Shown piece after piece: positions 28,350-35,516 of a stretch of 54,860 bases of DNA. Every line of letters starts with the position of its first letter. Within the stretch, counting starts at the first letter, position 1. The stretch is from a virus (Duplodnaviria > Caudoviricetes), in the IMG/VR virus record IMGVR_UViG_3300018041_000008, positions 1 through 54,860 of that record; one strand, written 5' to 3'. The position numbers and the translations under genes were made by a program. Under the pieces are notes generated by a model that had not been told where the DNA came from, searched no databases, and saw only the letters and a list, made by a program, of their open reading frames with translations.

Positions 28350-28817
28350 TTAATCTTCAGTTAAAAGTTCTGATTTAAAAAAGTTTAGATCTTTTTCTAT
28401 TTCCACTTTGCGTGGTTTTTTAGAATCAGGAATAACGTTTTCTAAACCAATGCTCAAGATACCATTTTTATAAACAGCACCACGTACTTCGACCGTGTCG
28501 ATAATATGGATTTGTTTACAGAATGATCTTGTACCAATACCTTTGTGCAAATAGTTTACTGTTTCATCGTTAGGTTTTTTTTCACCTTTGATTGTTAGTA
28601 ATCCATCTTCAACGGTAATGTCAATTTCATCCTCATCAAAACCAGCAACTGCAAGCTCAACTGAGTACTTGTATTCGTCTAGTTTAATAATGTTATGAGG
28701 TGGGAATTTTTCTGCGGTATGATTAATGGTTGAATCTAGCATAGCTTCTAGATCGTTAAACATTCTATCAAAACCAAGGGTGGTTGGATACAGAGATCCA
28801 AATTGAACTTTCGCCAT
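28350..28817 (-). CDS. hsp20: Small heat-shock protein Hsp20 (IbpA-like)
   Basis: LGFDRMF, FPPHNI, ELAVAGF, YLHKGIGTRSF, NGILSI.LE..IP..KKPRK. Confidence 0.95.
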   Translation of the reverse strand: MAKVQFGSLYPTTLGFDRMFNDLEAMLDSTINHTAEKFPPHNIIKLDEYKYSVELAVAGFDEDEIDITVEDGLLTIKGEKKPNDETVNYLHKGIGTRSFCKQIHIIDTVEVRGAVYKNGILSIGLENVIPDSKKPRKVEIEKDLNFFKSELLTED

Positions 28818-28824
28818 AGTATTT

Positions 28825-28887
28825 CTCCTTTAATAAGCGAGTTTTAAAAATATATTACCCCGAAGGCATAATACAAATCTATTTATA
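28825..28887 (-). promoter_or_regulatory. hsp20 leader: late promoter, UUCG hairpin and ROSE-like anti-SD
   Basis: TATAAATA (28880-28887); GUAUUAUGCC-UUCG-GGGUAAUAU; CUCGCUU-AUUA-AAGGAG. Confidence 0.55.
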
Positions 28888-29113
28888 CATCATTATGCTG
28901 AAATTCATCTAAAGCTTGATTAATTGGTTTAAATTCATATTTATTTAGCTTTTGATTTTTTGCATCTAATTTATTTCTGCTAACTGCTATTTCTCTAGCA
29001 CGAGCTGCAGCTAATACAATTAAGTTGTACACACTATTTTCGGTATTTTCTGCCGCTTTTTGTATATTTATTTCTCTAATGTGTTTGTGTTTTGCTCTAG
29101 TTTGGTCTGACAT
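28883..29113 (-). CDS. rpoZ: RNA polymerase omega subunit-like protein
   Basis: SVYNLIVLAAARAREI...KPINQALDEF matches omega motifs (NRFxLVLxAAxRARQL...KPxxxALxEI). Confidence 0.65.
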   Translation of the reverse strand: MSDQTRAKHKHIREINIQKAAENTENSVYNLIVLAAARAREIAVSRNKLDAKNQKLNKYEFKPINQALDEFQHNDV

Positions 29114-29127
29114 TCAAATTCTCCATA

Positions 29128-29304
29128 TTATAAAGTTGAACCACATGATTGGCATAATACTGGTGGTGGTTCTTTATCCATCTGTTGCTTAAACTTACAT
29201 TTAGGGCATTTGATACCAAAGATTCTATCAAAGTTATCATCAAACTGTCTACTATGAGGTTTACTTTTAATAAAGTCTCCAGTAATATCGTTCTTAGCTG
29301 CCAT
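29128..29304 (-). CDS. Small zinc-ribbon protein (58 aa; not in track)
   Basis: MAAKNDITGDFIKSK...FDDNFDRIFG-IKCPKC...LCQSCG. Confidence 0.7.
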   Translation of the reverse strand: MAAKNDITGDFIKSKPHSRQFDDNFDRIFGIKCPKCKFKQQMDKEPPPVLCQSCGSTL

Positions 29305-29305
29305 G

Positions 29306-29572
29306 TTAGTACATCTTTTTAGGAAGCTGTTTGGATTCTAATTTCTTTTTCCAACGTTTAACTGCTTGGCTTTTAGCCCTCTTACGAGCTGTAGTTGGTT
29401 TTTCGTAAGCTTCTTTTTCTCTTAATTCAATAAGCAATCCAGAATCTTGAACTTTCTTTTTAAATTTGCGTAGAGCTTTTTCTATTTGGCCGGGTTGTAC
29501 TTCTACATATAAGCCTTTAACTTCTACTTCTTGCTTTGGCTTACTAAATCTTTTTTTATTTTGAATAGCTAT
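29306..29572 (-). CDS. rpsU: Ribosomal protein bS21 (not in track; apparent AUA start)
   Basis: [52 protein letters not shown]; SD AGGAGA 6 nt upstream of ATA. Confidence 0.9.
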   Translation of the reverse strand: MAIQNKKRFSKPKQEVEVKGLYVEVQPGQIEKALRKFKKKVQDSGLLIELREKEAYEKPTTARKRAKSQAVKRWKKKLESKQLPKKMY

Positions 29573-29602
29573 GATACTTCTCCTTTTTTCAATTCATAAT
29601 AC

Positions 29603-29631
29603 ATTATAAACTATTAATTAATTAAAGTACA
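29603..29631 (-). promoter_or_regulatory. Early-type promoter for the rpsU operon
   Basis: TGTACTTTAATT..TATAAT. Confidence 0.8.
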
Positions 29632-29641
29632 ATAATATTTA

Positions 29642-29693
29642 TGGGGTTTTGTACAGCTTACCCCAGCTGCCTAACGGTCCTAAGGTTAGGACC
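29642..29693 (-). ncRNA. GC-rich structured element with 15-nt complement to 23S rRNA H69-H70 plus pseudoknot
   Basis: GGUCCUAA-CC-UUAGGACC-GUUAGG-CAGCU-GGGGUA-AGCUG-UACAAA-ACCCC. Confidence 0.5.
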
Positions 29694-29697
29694 AAAC

Positions 29698-29724
29698 AAA
29701 AAAGGGAACCGAAGTTCCCTCTTT
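29698..29724 (-). terminator. Rho-independent terminator after pqqA
   Basis: AGGGAAC-TTCG-GTTCCCT-TTTTT. Confidence 0.9.
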
Positions 29725-29746
29725 TAATACTTTATACGTTAAACAA

Positions 29747-29818
29747 TTACTTGTTCATTACGTAAAGTGTAACTTCAAATCCAAATCTCATCTCTGTTGC
29801 GTGAGGTTTCGTCCACAT
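29747..29818 (-). CDS. pqqA: Pyrroloquinoline quinone precursor peptide PqqA (23 aa; not in track)
   Basis: MWTKPHATEMRFGFEVTLYVMNK with ExxxY core; SD AAGGAG; own terminator. Confidence 0.95.
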   Translation of the reverse strand: MWTKPHATEMRFGFEVTLYVMNK

Positions 29819-29996
29819 AATAGTTCTCCTTGTTTATAAAATTTATATAAACTCATATCGAAAGAGATGTTATTACTAACAAAGGTCTTTCTTGAGGCCT
29901 ATTTACATCATATAAGAATTAACTTATACCCAACTATATATAACATACTTTTAATATTTGACTAGTTAAAAGTATTAAAAACTAGTAATCCAGGAA

Positions 29997-30194
29997 TTAT
30001 CCCTCTGCAGTTGCAGTAACAGATTCACCCCCTTCTTTTTGGTCTCCAGTAGCAGCTTCTTGCTCTGCCAACTGGGATTCGCCTTGTTGTTTAATTTTGG
30101 CGATTAGTACAGCAATTTCATCGAAAGGATGTTTGCCAAGCGAACGTAAGATAAGGTTCACTTCAGTTACTTCTAAGTCTAACTTAATACTCAT
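29997..30194 (-). CDS. Small conserved hypothetical protein
   Basis: 65 aa; EVNLIL..LG..PF...LI.KIK.Q. Confidence 0.65.
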   Translation of the reverse strand: MSIKLDLEVTEVNLILRSLGKHPFDEIAVLIAKIKQQGESQLAEQEAATGDQKEGGESVTATAEG

Positions 30195-30200
30195 TACAAT

Positions 30201-30629
30201 TTACTCCGTTTTGTTTCGTTTAACTCCGCCGATATTATACTTAGGAACAAGTTCCCATTCACTTTTCTCTTTATAAGATACTACCTTAATTTGAGATAGT
30301 GACGCTTTGGGTTCTGCCTTAGATTTATCTAGAATCTTGAGCAAACCCCAATCTTGTAATAACTCAGCAATACAATTCCTACGTTCTATGTCGGACATAG
30401 AAATATCACTTTGTTTTCCATCTAAAGCAAATAGCTCTTTGAAATGGACAATAAAGTATCTGCCTTGTTTATGTAGTATGTGACATGATTGGAAAAGTTT
30501 ATTATCTTTTCTAGAAGCTATACCGATGCGGGTTAGAGTTTCTCTGACCTTAAGAAAATTGTCTGGTTCTATCAAGTCAATTTCCAACATCGCGTCGGGC
30601 GTCCAATCATAATATATAATAGTTGTCAT
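30201..30629 (-). CDS. regA: Translational repressor RegA
   Basis: FLKVRETLTRIGIAS, QSCHILHKQGRYFIVHFKELFALDG. Confidence 0.97.
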   Translation of the reverse strand: MTTIIYYDWTPDAMLEIDLIEPDNFLKVRETLTRIGIASRKDNKLFQSCHILHKQGRYFIVHFKELFALDGKQSDISMSDIERRNCIAELLQDWGLLKILDKSKAEPKASLSQIKVVSYKEKSEWELVPKYNIGGVKRNKTE

Positions 30630-30674
30630 TTTATTTCACTTTTGTATTTTTGTACATATATATTTATATATATT

Positions 30675-31055
30675 TTAATTTCTACCGCCAGTTTCATATG
30701 ATAATCTTAACTCTTCTATTGCTTCATTTGAGAGTAAATCATGTACTTCATATGCTTTGCGTTCTGATATATTATAATGTTTTATTAATAATTTAATTAC
30801 TTCGCCTATATTATCTTTTTTGTGCCACTTACTAAACCGTTTCTTTTTATATATAGAATTCTTAAGAAATTCAAATTGCCATTTCTTTTCAGCATGTGCT
30901 CTTTGATTCATCTCATTTGCATAGAGTATAGTATCAGGAAAGAATGATAACCCTTTATTTATGATAAAAGCATTATAGTCTTTATGCGCTTGAGGATCTT
31001 CAAACATATCTTTTTTTGTATCATTTATGGCTTTTAAGAAGTCAAATGGGTTCAT
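30675..31055 (-). CDS. 62: Clamp loader small subunit gp62
   Basis: YNAFIINKGLSFFPDTILYANEMN, KKRFSKW; synteny. Confidence 0.92.
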   Translation of the reverse strand: MNPFDFLKAINDTKKDMFEDPQAHKDYNAFIINKGLSFFPDTILYANEMNQRAHAEKKWQFEFLKNSIYKKKRFSKWHKKDNIGEVIKLLIKHYNISERKAYEVHDLLSNEAIEELRLSYETGGRN

Positions 31056-31369
31056 TTTTTTGTTATTTCCGCAATTTGTGATGCATTACACACGAATACT
31101 GTATTTGGATAATTCTTTTCTAATGTAACTTGGATATCTTCATAAGAATCACCTTGTGCAAGATATGTCCCGTTATTTTTATCGTAGCAATAGATAATAT
31201 CATTTTCTTTTATAAAATCTATTCGTATTTTTTGAATAACAAGTGTTGGTGATGATTCTTGTGCTTCAGCTTCTTCCACCATGAGTTTCACTTTTTGCAT
31301 TAATGCAGATCGTAATGCACACCAGCCACATATAAAACCTACAATAAATCCAATTATTAAATTTTCCAT
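31052..31369 (-). CDS. Membrane-anchored hypothetical protein inserted between g44 and g62
   Basis: N-terminal TM; YLAQG motif. Confidence 0.6.
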   Translation of the reverse strand: MENLIIGFIVGFICGWCALRSALMQKVKLMVEEAEAQESSPTLVIQKIRIDFIKENDIIYCYDKNNGTYLAQGDSYEDIQVTLEKNYPNTVFVCNASQIAEITKK

Positions 31370-31377
31370 ACCTATCC

Positions 31378-32316
31378 CTATTTAAACTTACACTGCGCCA
31401 TAGTTTCTGTAAGTGCTGCCATTAAATTAAGTTCTTGATCAGAAACAAATGCTGATTTATATTGATAGTCTGCTAAGATCAATACCAATTGTGGAATACT
31501 ATTTGCTTCAATGTTACTTGATGCTGAATCATAAAGTTGTCTAAATATATTTATACTATCACTATCACCGTTTTTAGCAACCCACTTTCTTACTTCAGTA
31601 AAGTTTTTATCTTTAAGATTTTTAATTAGTCCTTTAAAAGATTCTTCAGTAACATTCAATAAAATACCTGAATCAATCTTACCTGTAACAGAATATCTCT
31701 GTAACTCATTAATGATTCTTCTATAGTCTGGGAAATGCTTTGTAATCATTTCAACTATAGGTTTAGGATTGTGTTCAATGTTTTCTTCTTTTAAGATATA
31801 TTGTACACGTTTAAAGAAAGATGCTGCAATCTCTTGCTTATCTTTATTTTCTATTTTAAAATCTACAACTGCACATCTTGAGTGTAAAGGATCTATAATT
31901 CGATTCTTAAAGTTGCATGTAAAGATAAACCGACAATTATTAGAAAATTCTTCTATGAAAGCTCTTAGTGCTGGTTGAGTTGAGTTTGGATTTAGGTAGT
32001 CTGCTTCATCTAGAATAACAACCTTTTTAGCATCAGTTAATGATACTGTTGAAGCAAAACTTTTGATTTTGGTTCTGAGTGTATCAATACCGGATTCTTC
32101 TGAGCCGTTAATAAGGATGAACTCAGCACCAATCTCATTGCATAATGCCTTGGCTACAGTTGTTTTACCGATACCAGGGCCTCCACTAAATAAGAAATTG
32201 GGGAGTTCACCACTTGATATAAATTGCTGAAATGTATCTTTTAATTCACGAGGTAATATACAATCCTCTACACGTTGGGGTCTATATTTCTCCACCCATA
32301 AGTATTCTTGTACCAT
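31378..32316 (-). CDS. 44: Clamp loader large subunit gp44
   Basis: LWVEKYRP, GPGIGKTT, ILDEAD, PLHSRC. Confidence 0.97.
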   Translation of the reverse strand: MVQEYLWVEKYRPQRVEDCILPRELKDTFQQFISSGELPNFLFSGGPGIGKTTVAKALCNEIGAEFILINGSEESGIDTLRTKIKSFASTVSLTDAKKVVILDEADYLNPNSTQPALRAFIEEFSNNCRFIFTCNFKNRIIDPLHSRCAVVDFKIENKDKQEIAASFFKRVQYILKEENIEHNPKPIVEMITKHFPDYRRIINELQRYSVTGKIDSGILLNVTEESFKGLIKNLKDKNFTEVRKWVAKNGDSDSINIFRQLYDSASSNIEANSIPQLVLILADYQYKSAFVSDQELNLMAALTETMAQCKFK

Positions 32317-32339
32317 TCACTTTCTCCATAATATAATTC

Positions 32340-32368
32340 ATTATAACTTATTACTTAATTAAAGTACA
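32340..32368 (-). promoter_or_regulatory. Early-type promoter
   Basis: TGTACTTTAATT..TATAAT. Confidence 0.8.
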
Positions 32369-32369
32369 T

Positions 32370-33032
32370 TTATACTTGAAACGCTGAATCAGCTTCAACT
32401 GCAACATAATATACTAAATCACTATTCTTTGCAGTAAAGCGAGATATTTTCTTAGAAGAGATTGATACATCATAATCACCAGGTAACATTCTTAAATTAT
32501 CTATTTTAAGATTAACTTTAAAGTCCAAGTTAGTTGAACCAATCTCATGACTAAAATTATTGGCAGATAGATTCTTTTTATCTGCCACATTAACTGTGAT
32601 GGTACTTCCATTTCCAACAAAGGAAACATCCTCAGATTTTAGGATTGGAGCAGTTTTCATTATCATAGTAAGAGTAGAAGCTTCGAGAGAGAGAGAGATT
32701 TCAGCTTCTGGAAAGACGATGTCTTTCGTAGGGACTACCATGTTATTCACCGCTGCTCCAAAGTATTTGATAGCATTTTTGCCTTCTTTTATAGTGACAT
32801 ACTTGCTATCGAACTCTAGTTCGGGATCATCAAATAATGATAATGCACCGAGAAATTCATTGACATCATAGATACCAAATTCATTAGGAAAGACTTCAGG
32901 AACCGATACTGTCGACATAATTGTTTTAGCTACTGATATAGTAGATAAATTACTACCTTCTTTTATTAATAAGTTACTATTAATTCCTGCATAATTTTTA
33001 ATTACATTCAATGTTTCTTTTGATAATTTCAT
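32370..33032 (-). CDS. 45: Sliding clamp gp45
   Basis: MKLSKETL..IKNYAGIN, FGIYDVNEFL, YYVAVEADS. Confidence 0.95.
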   Translation of the reverse strand: MKLSKETLNVIKNYAGINSNLLIKEGSNLSTISVAKTIMSTVSVPEVFPNEFGIYDVNEFLGALSLFDDPELEFDSKYVTIKEGKNAIKYFGAAVNNMVVPTKDIVFPEAEISLSLEASTLTMIMKTAPILKSEDVSFVGNGSTITVNVADKKNLSANNFSHEIGSTNLDFKVNLKIDNLRMLPGDYDVSISSKKISRFTAKNSDLVYYVAVEADSAFQV

Positions 33033-33364
33033 TTTGTTTCCTCATAATCTAGTTCAGTCATAAACATTATACAACACAAAGCGTGTGCTAAGTGTGTAAT
33101 TCCAGTTTCAGTGTCATATTGCTCACCTTCTTTATACGCCCACATGTGTCTCATTGCTGCGTCAAAATATCTTCTATTTGCATCTGGTACCCTTTTCCAA
33201 TTATCTGGTTCATATTTTTCTGCACCAATTGTAAGTACCTTTACCATTTCTCTTAATGCTATTGGTGGAATTAATCCATACTGTAGTTTGCCACCATCAA
33301 ACTTTCTACCTCCAGTGTGATCTTTAGATTGTGATTGTTTTAAAATATCTTTATTCATAGTCAC
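33029..33364 (-). CDS. dATP/dGTP diphosphohydrolase-like (DUF5664) protein
   Basis: GRKFDGGK.QY.LIP, GAEKY..DNW, RYFDAAMRH, D.ETG..HLAHA.C. Confidence 0.8.
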   Translation of the reverse strand: MTMNKDILKQSQSKDHTGGRKFDGGKLQYGLIPPIALREMVKVLTIGAEKYEPDNWKRVPDANRRYFDAAMRHMWAYKEGEQYDTETGITHLAHALCCIMFMTELDYEETK

Positions 33365-33395
33365 CTCTCCTTAGGATTACTGATAACCCTAAAGG

Positions 33396-33416
33396 GAGGT
33401 GGCTTTGCGCCACCTC
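33396..33416 (-). other. GC-rich intergenic hairpin (terminator or RNA-stabilising stem)
   Basis: GAGGTGGC-GCAAA-GCCACCTC. Confidence 0.6.
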
Positions 33417-33445
33417 AATATCTAAAAGAGTCTTAGAATTTTTAA

Positions 33446-33682
33446 TCACTTTGCACGAAATGCTGCAGCAATCATTGCTCTTGAAGGCTTACCAATACGG
33501 TATTTTGATGAAGGGGTTCCGTCCCATAGTTTTACAGGATTATTATATACCGCATAACCTTTTAAACGAATTGCCCGAATTGCAGCAGACGGATTAGCTA
33601 GACCAAATTTGCCTGTGATTTCTTTTGCAGTTACAGCATTACCTTTAACCAGGTGATTGATTAATTTCTGTGTTGAACTCAT
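33446..33682 (-). CDS. Small winged-helix-like nucleic-acid-binding protein
   Basis: VTAKEI..KFGLANPSAAI..IR..GY...YRIGKPSRAMIAA. Confidence 0.7.
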   Translation of the reverse strand: MSSTQKLINHLVKGNAVTAKEITGKFGLANPSAAIRAIRLKGYAVYNNPVKLWDGTPSSKYRIGKPSRAMIAAAFRAK

Positions 33683-33756
33683 ATATTGCTCCTCAAATTG
33701 TCGCTATTTAAAATGATCTTTGTAAAAGCGCGACTTATTTTACTGATCATAGTATC

Positions 33757-33785
33757 ATTATATACTATTAATGAATTAAAGTACA
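33757..33785 (-). promoter_or_regulatory. Early-type promoter
   Basis: TGTACTTTAATT..TATAAT. Confidence 0.8.
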
Positions 33786-33797
33786 ATCTTTTTTTCA

Positions 33798-34130
33798 TTA
33801 TATTAAATTATATTCCGCTACAACAGTTTTAAACATAGGTGAATAGTCTTCAATATTAATTTGCTGAACACTGTTCCCACTATTTAGATCTGCTACTTCT
33901 GATTCTGTAGGGATTGGAAACCCATAAATTCCCATAGATATCTTATTTTTAGGTTTAATCAACCAGTTAGGATATCCAATCTTAATGCCTTCTGTTCTTA
34001 CTTGTATTAACGCATCATGATATTCTTTCATTTGACTTAAAGTAATCTCTGATGCTGTATGGTTATACCGCTTGATAACTTCACATATATAGCGCTTTTG
34101 TACTTCTTTCAATTCTATAAATTTAAACAT
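33798..34130 (-). CDS. Hypothetical protein
   Basis: 110 aa; KIGYPNWL motif. Confidence 0.6.
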   Translation of the reverse strand: MFKFIELKEVQKRYICEVIKRYNHTASEITLSQMKEYHDALIQVRTEGIKIGYPNWLIKPKNKISMGIYGFPIPTESEVADLNSGNSVQQINIEDYSPMFKTVVAEYNLI

Positions 34131-34133
34131 TAA

Positions 34134-34337
34134 CTAATCCTTTACCACGTATTTAATTGCTGAAGGCGGAATCCAATATTTTTCATCTTCAATATTTGTA
34201 GTATATTGTTTATACTCATTTATCCAGAATCCATATCTAAACTCAACAATATTATAAGCTTCAGTCCAGTATTCCTCACCATTAAAATTAAATTTACACA
34301 TATGACTAGCCATAATGTTCTTCCAATGTATTTTCAA
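34134..34337 (-). CDS. Hypothetical protein (likely start MASHMC)
   Basis: ORF fills gap in early cluster. Confidence 0.5.
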   Translation of the reverse strand: MKIHWKNIMASHMCKFNFNGEEYWTEAYNIVEFRYGFWINEYKQYTTNIEDEKYWIPPSAIKYVVKD

Positions 34338-34488
34338 TAAGTTTTATAGTTGAATCATTTAACATATCAGTCATATTCACTCCATGGTGAAATATAGTAA
34401 TAATACCTATGAGCGTGGAGGAGTTTATCCCCTCCATCTCACATTCTACTTCAAACGTGGTTCCTAAAACATTGACATCAACTAACAT
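34306..34488 (-). CDS. Hypothetical protein
   Basis: 60 aa directly after DUF932 gene. Confidence 0.5.
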   Translation of the reverse strand: MLVDVNVLGTTFEVECEMEGINSSTLIGIITIFHHGVNMTDMLNDSTIKLIENTLEEHYG

Positions 34489-34490
34489 GA

Positions 34491-35444
34491 TTAGGCAGCT
34501 TCCAGTAACTTAGTCACTGCCTTTTGTTTAACTTCAGCTCCTCGACCAAACCATGCATTTTTTAATCTTGCATTACTTGATCTAGCAGTTTCCCAATCAA
34601 CCAGCTGAGTTACTGCATTTAAAGCACCCCAAGCAGTTCCTTTTGAAGACTCTAAATCAGCTCCGATACCTTCACCATTATATAAGGCTAAAGCGCGTTG
34701 TACTGTTGGAGCATTTTGATTTTCTTCAACACCACCAAAGATTTGTCCAAACACATTCAGTGCTTGTTTAGATGACATTTTGACATTTGCTAGAATTTTT
34801 GAAGTTTCTTCAAATGTTTTAAATGCTTGATTATAATTTGATAATTGTTCAAGCAATATTGTTGGATTATACACAGAGTTGTGTCTAATTGTTGCTTCAG
34901 CTTTTTTTCCACCAGTAGCAACTTGCAATGTATTATTACATACAACACGTACTGATGTTAATCTTGCTTGAGTTGCTAATGTACCGTCAGCAGAAGATGC
35001 TAGTAATAAGTATTGGTTAACTTGATCACCTGCAATATTGAATTCGCCATCCATTTTAGCTAGTGCCCAGTAGTTTGCACCATCGCGTAGTACACCTGCA
35101 GTTTCTAGATTAGCTACATTTCCAACCATATCTCTAAAGAATTCTAATACTTCTAATGGTTGAACGATTTTGTACTTGTCTGAAACAATACCTAGTGGTT
35201 GTTTTGTGTCTTTACGATACATAACATTTTTACCAGTGTAGGTTAGAGTGTCTTCACCATATTGTATAGGTGCAGTTTCTAGTTCAAAATCTAATCCAGA
35301 TTCCTTTGCCCATACTTCAAGTGGTGCATCATAGGTTAATTGTTGTCCAAGGCCGTGCCATGGTGTTTCACCTACATATGCCATTGCACTTCTACCGTCG
35401 ATCATTGTTGCTATTTCATGTGCCATAATATAATTTCTCCTCAA
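34491..35444 (-). CDS. DUF932-family phage/plasmid protein (start MAHEI at 35426)
   Basis: MAYVGETPWHGLG, LETAGVL, TSVRVVCNNTL, GTAWGALNAVT. Confidence 0.85.
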   Translation of the reverse strand: MRRNYIMAHEIATMIDGRSAMAYVGETPWHGLGQQLTYDAPLEVWAKESGLDFELETAPIQYGEDTLTYTGKNVMYRKDTKQPLGIVSDKYKIVQPLEVLEFFRDMVGNVANLETAGVLRDGANYWALAKMDGEFNIAGDQVNQYLLLASSADGTLATQARLTSVRVVCNNTLQVATGGKKAEATIRHNSVYNPTILLEQLSNYNQAFKTFEETSKILANVKMSSKQALNVFGQIFGGVEENQNAPTVQRALALYNGEGIGADLESSKGTAWGALNAVTQLVDWETARSSNARLKNAWFGRGAEVKQKAVTKLLEAA

Positions 35445-35479
35445 TTGTTAAACAGTTAATATAACCATTTAATATAATA

Positions 35480-35508
35480 ATTATACACCGAATACTAATT
35501 AAAGTACA
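35480..35508 (-). promoter_or_regulatory. Early-type promoter, identical to 23639-23667
   Basis: TGTACTTTAATTAGTATTCGGTGTATAAT. Confidence 0.85.
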
Positions 35509-35516
35509 TAATTAAT

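Noticed and set aside
29672-29686. rRNA gene fragment or assembly contamination
   Set aside because: Only 15 nt match, flanks do not continue 23S sequence and fold with local phage sequence
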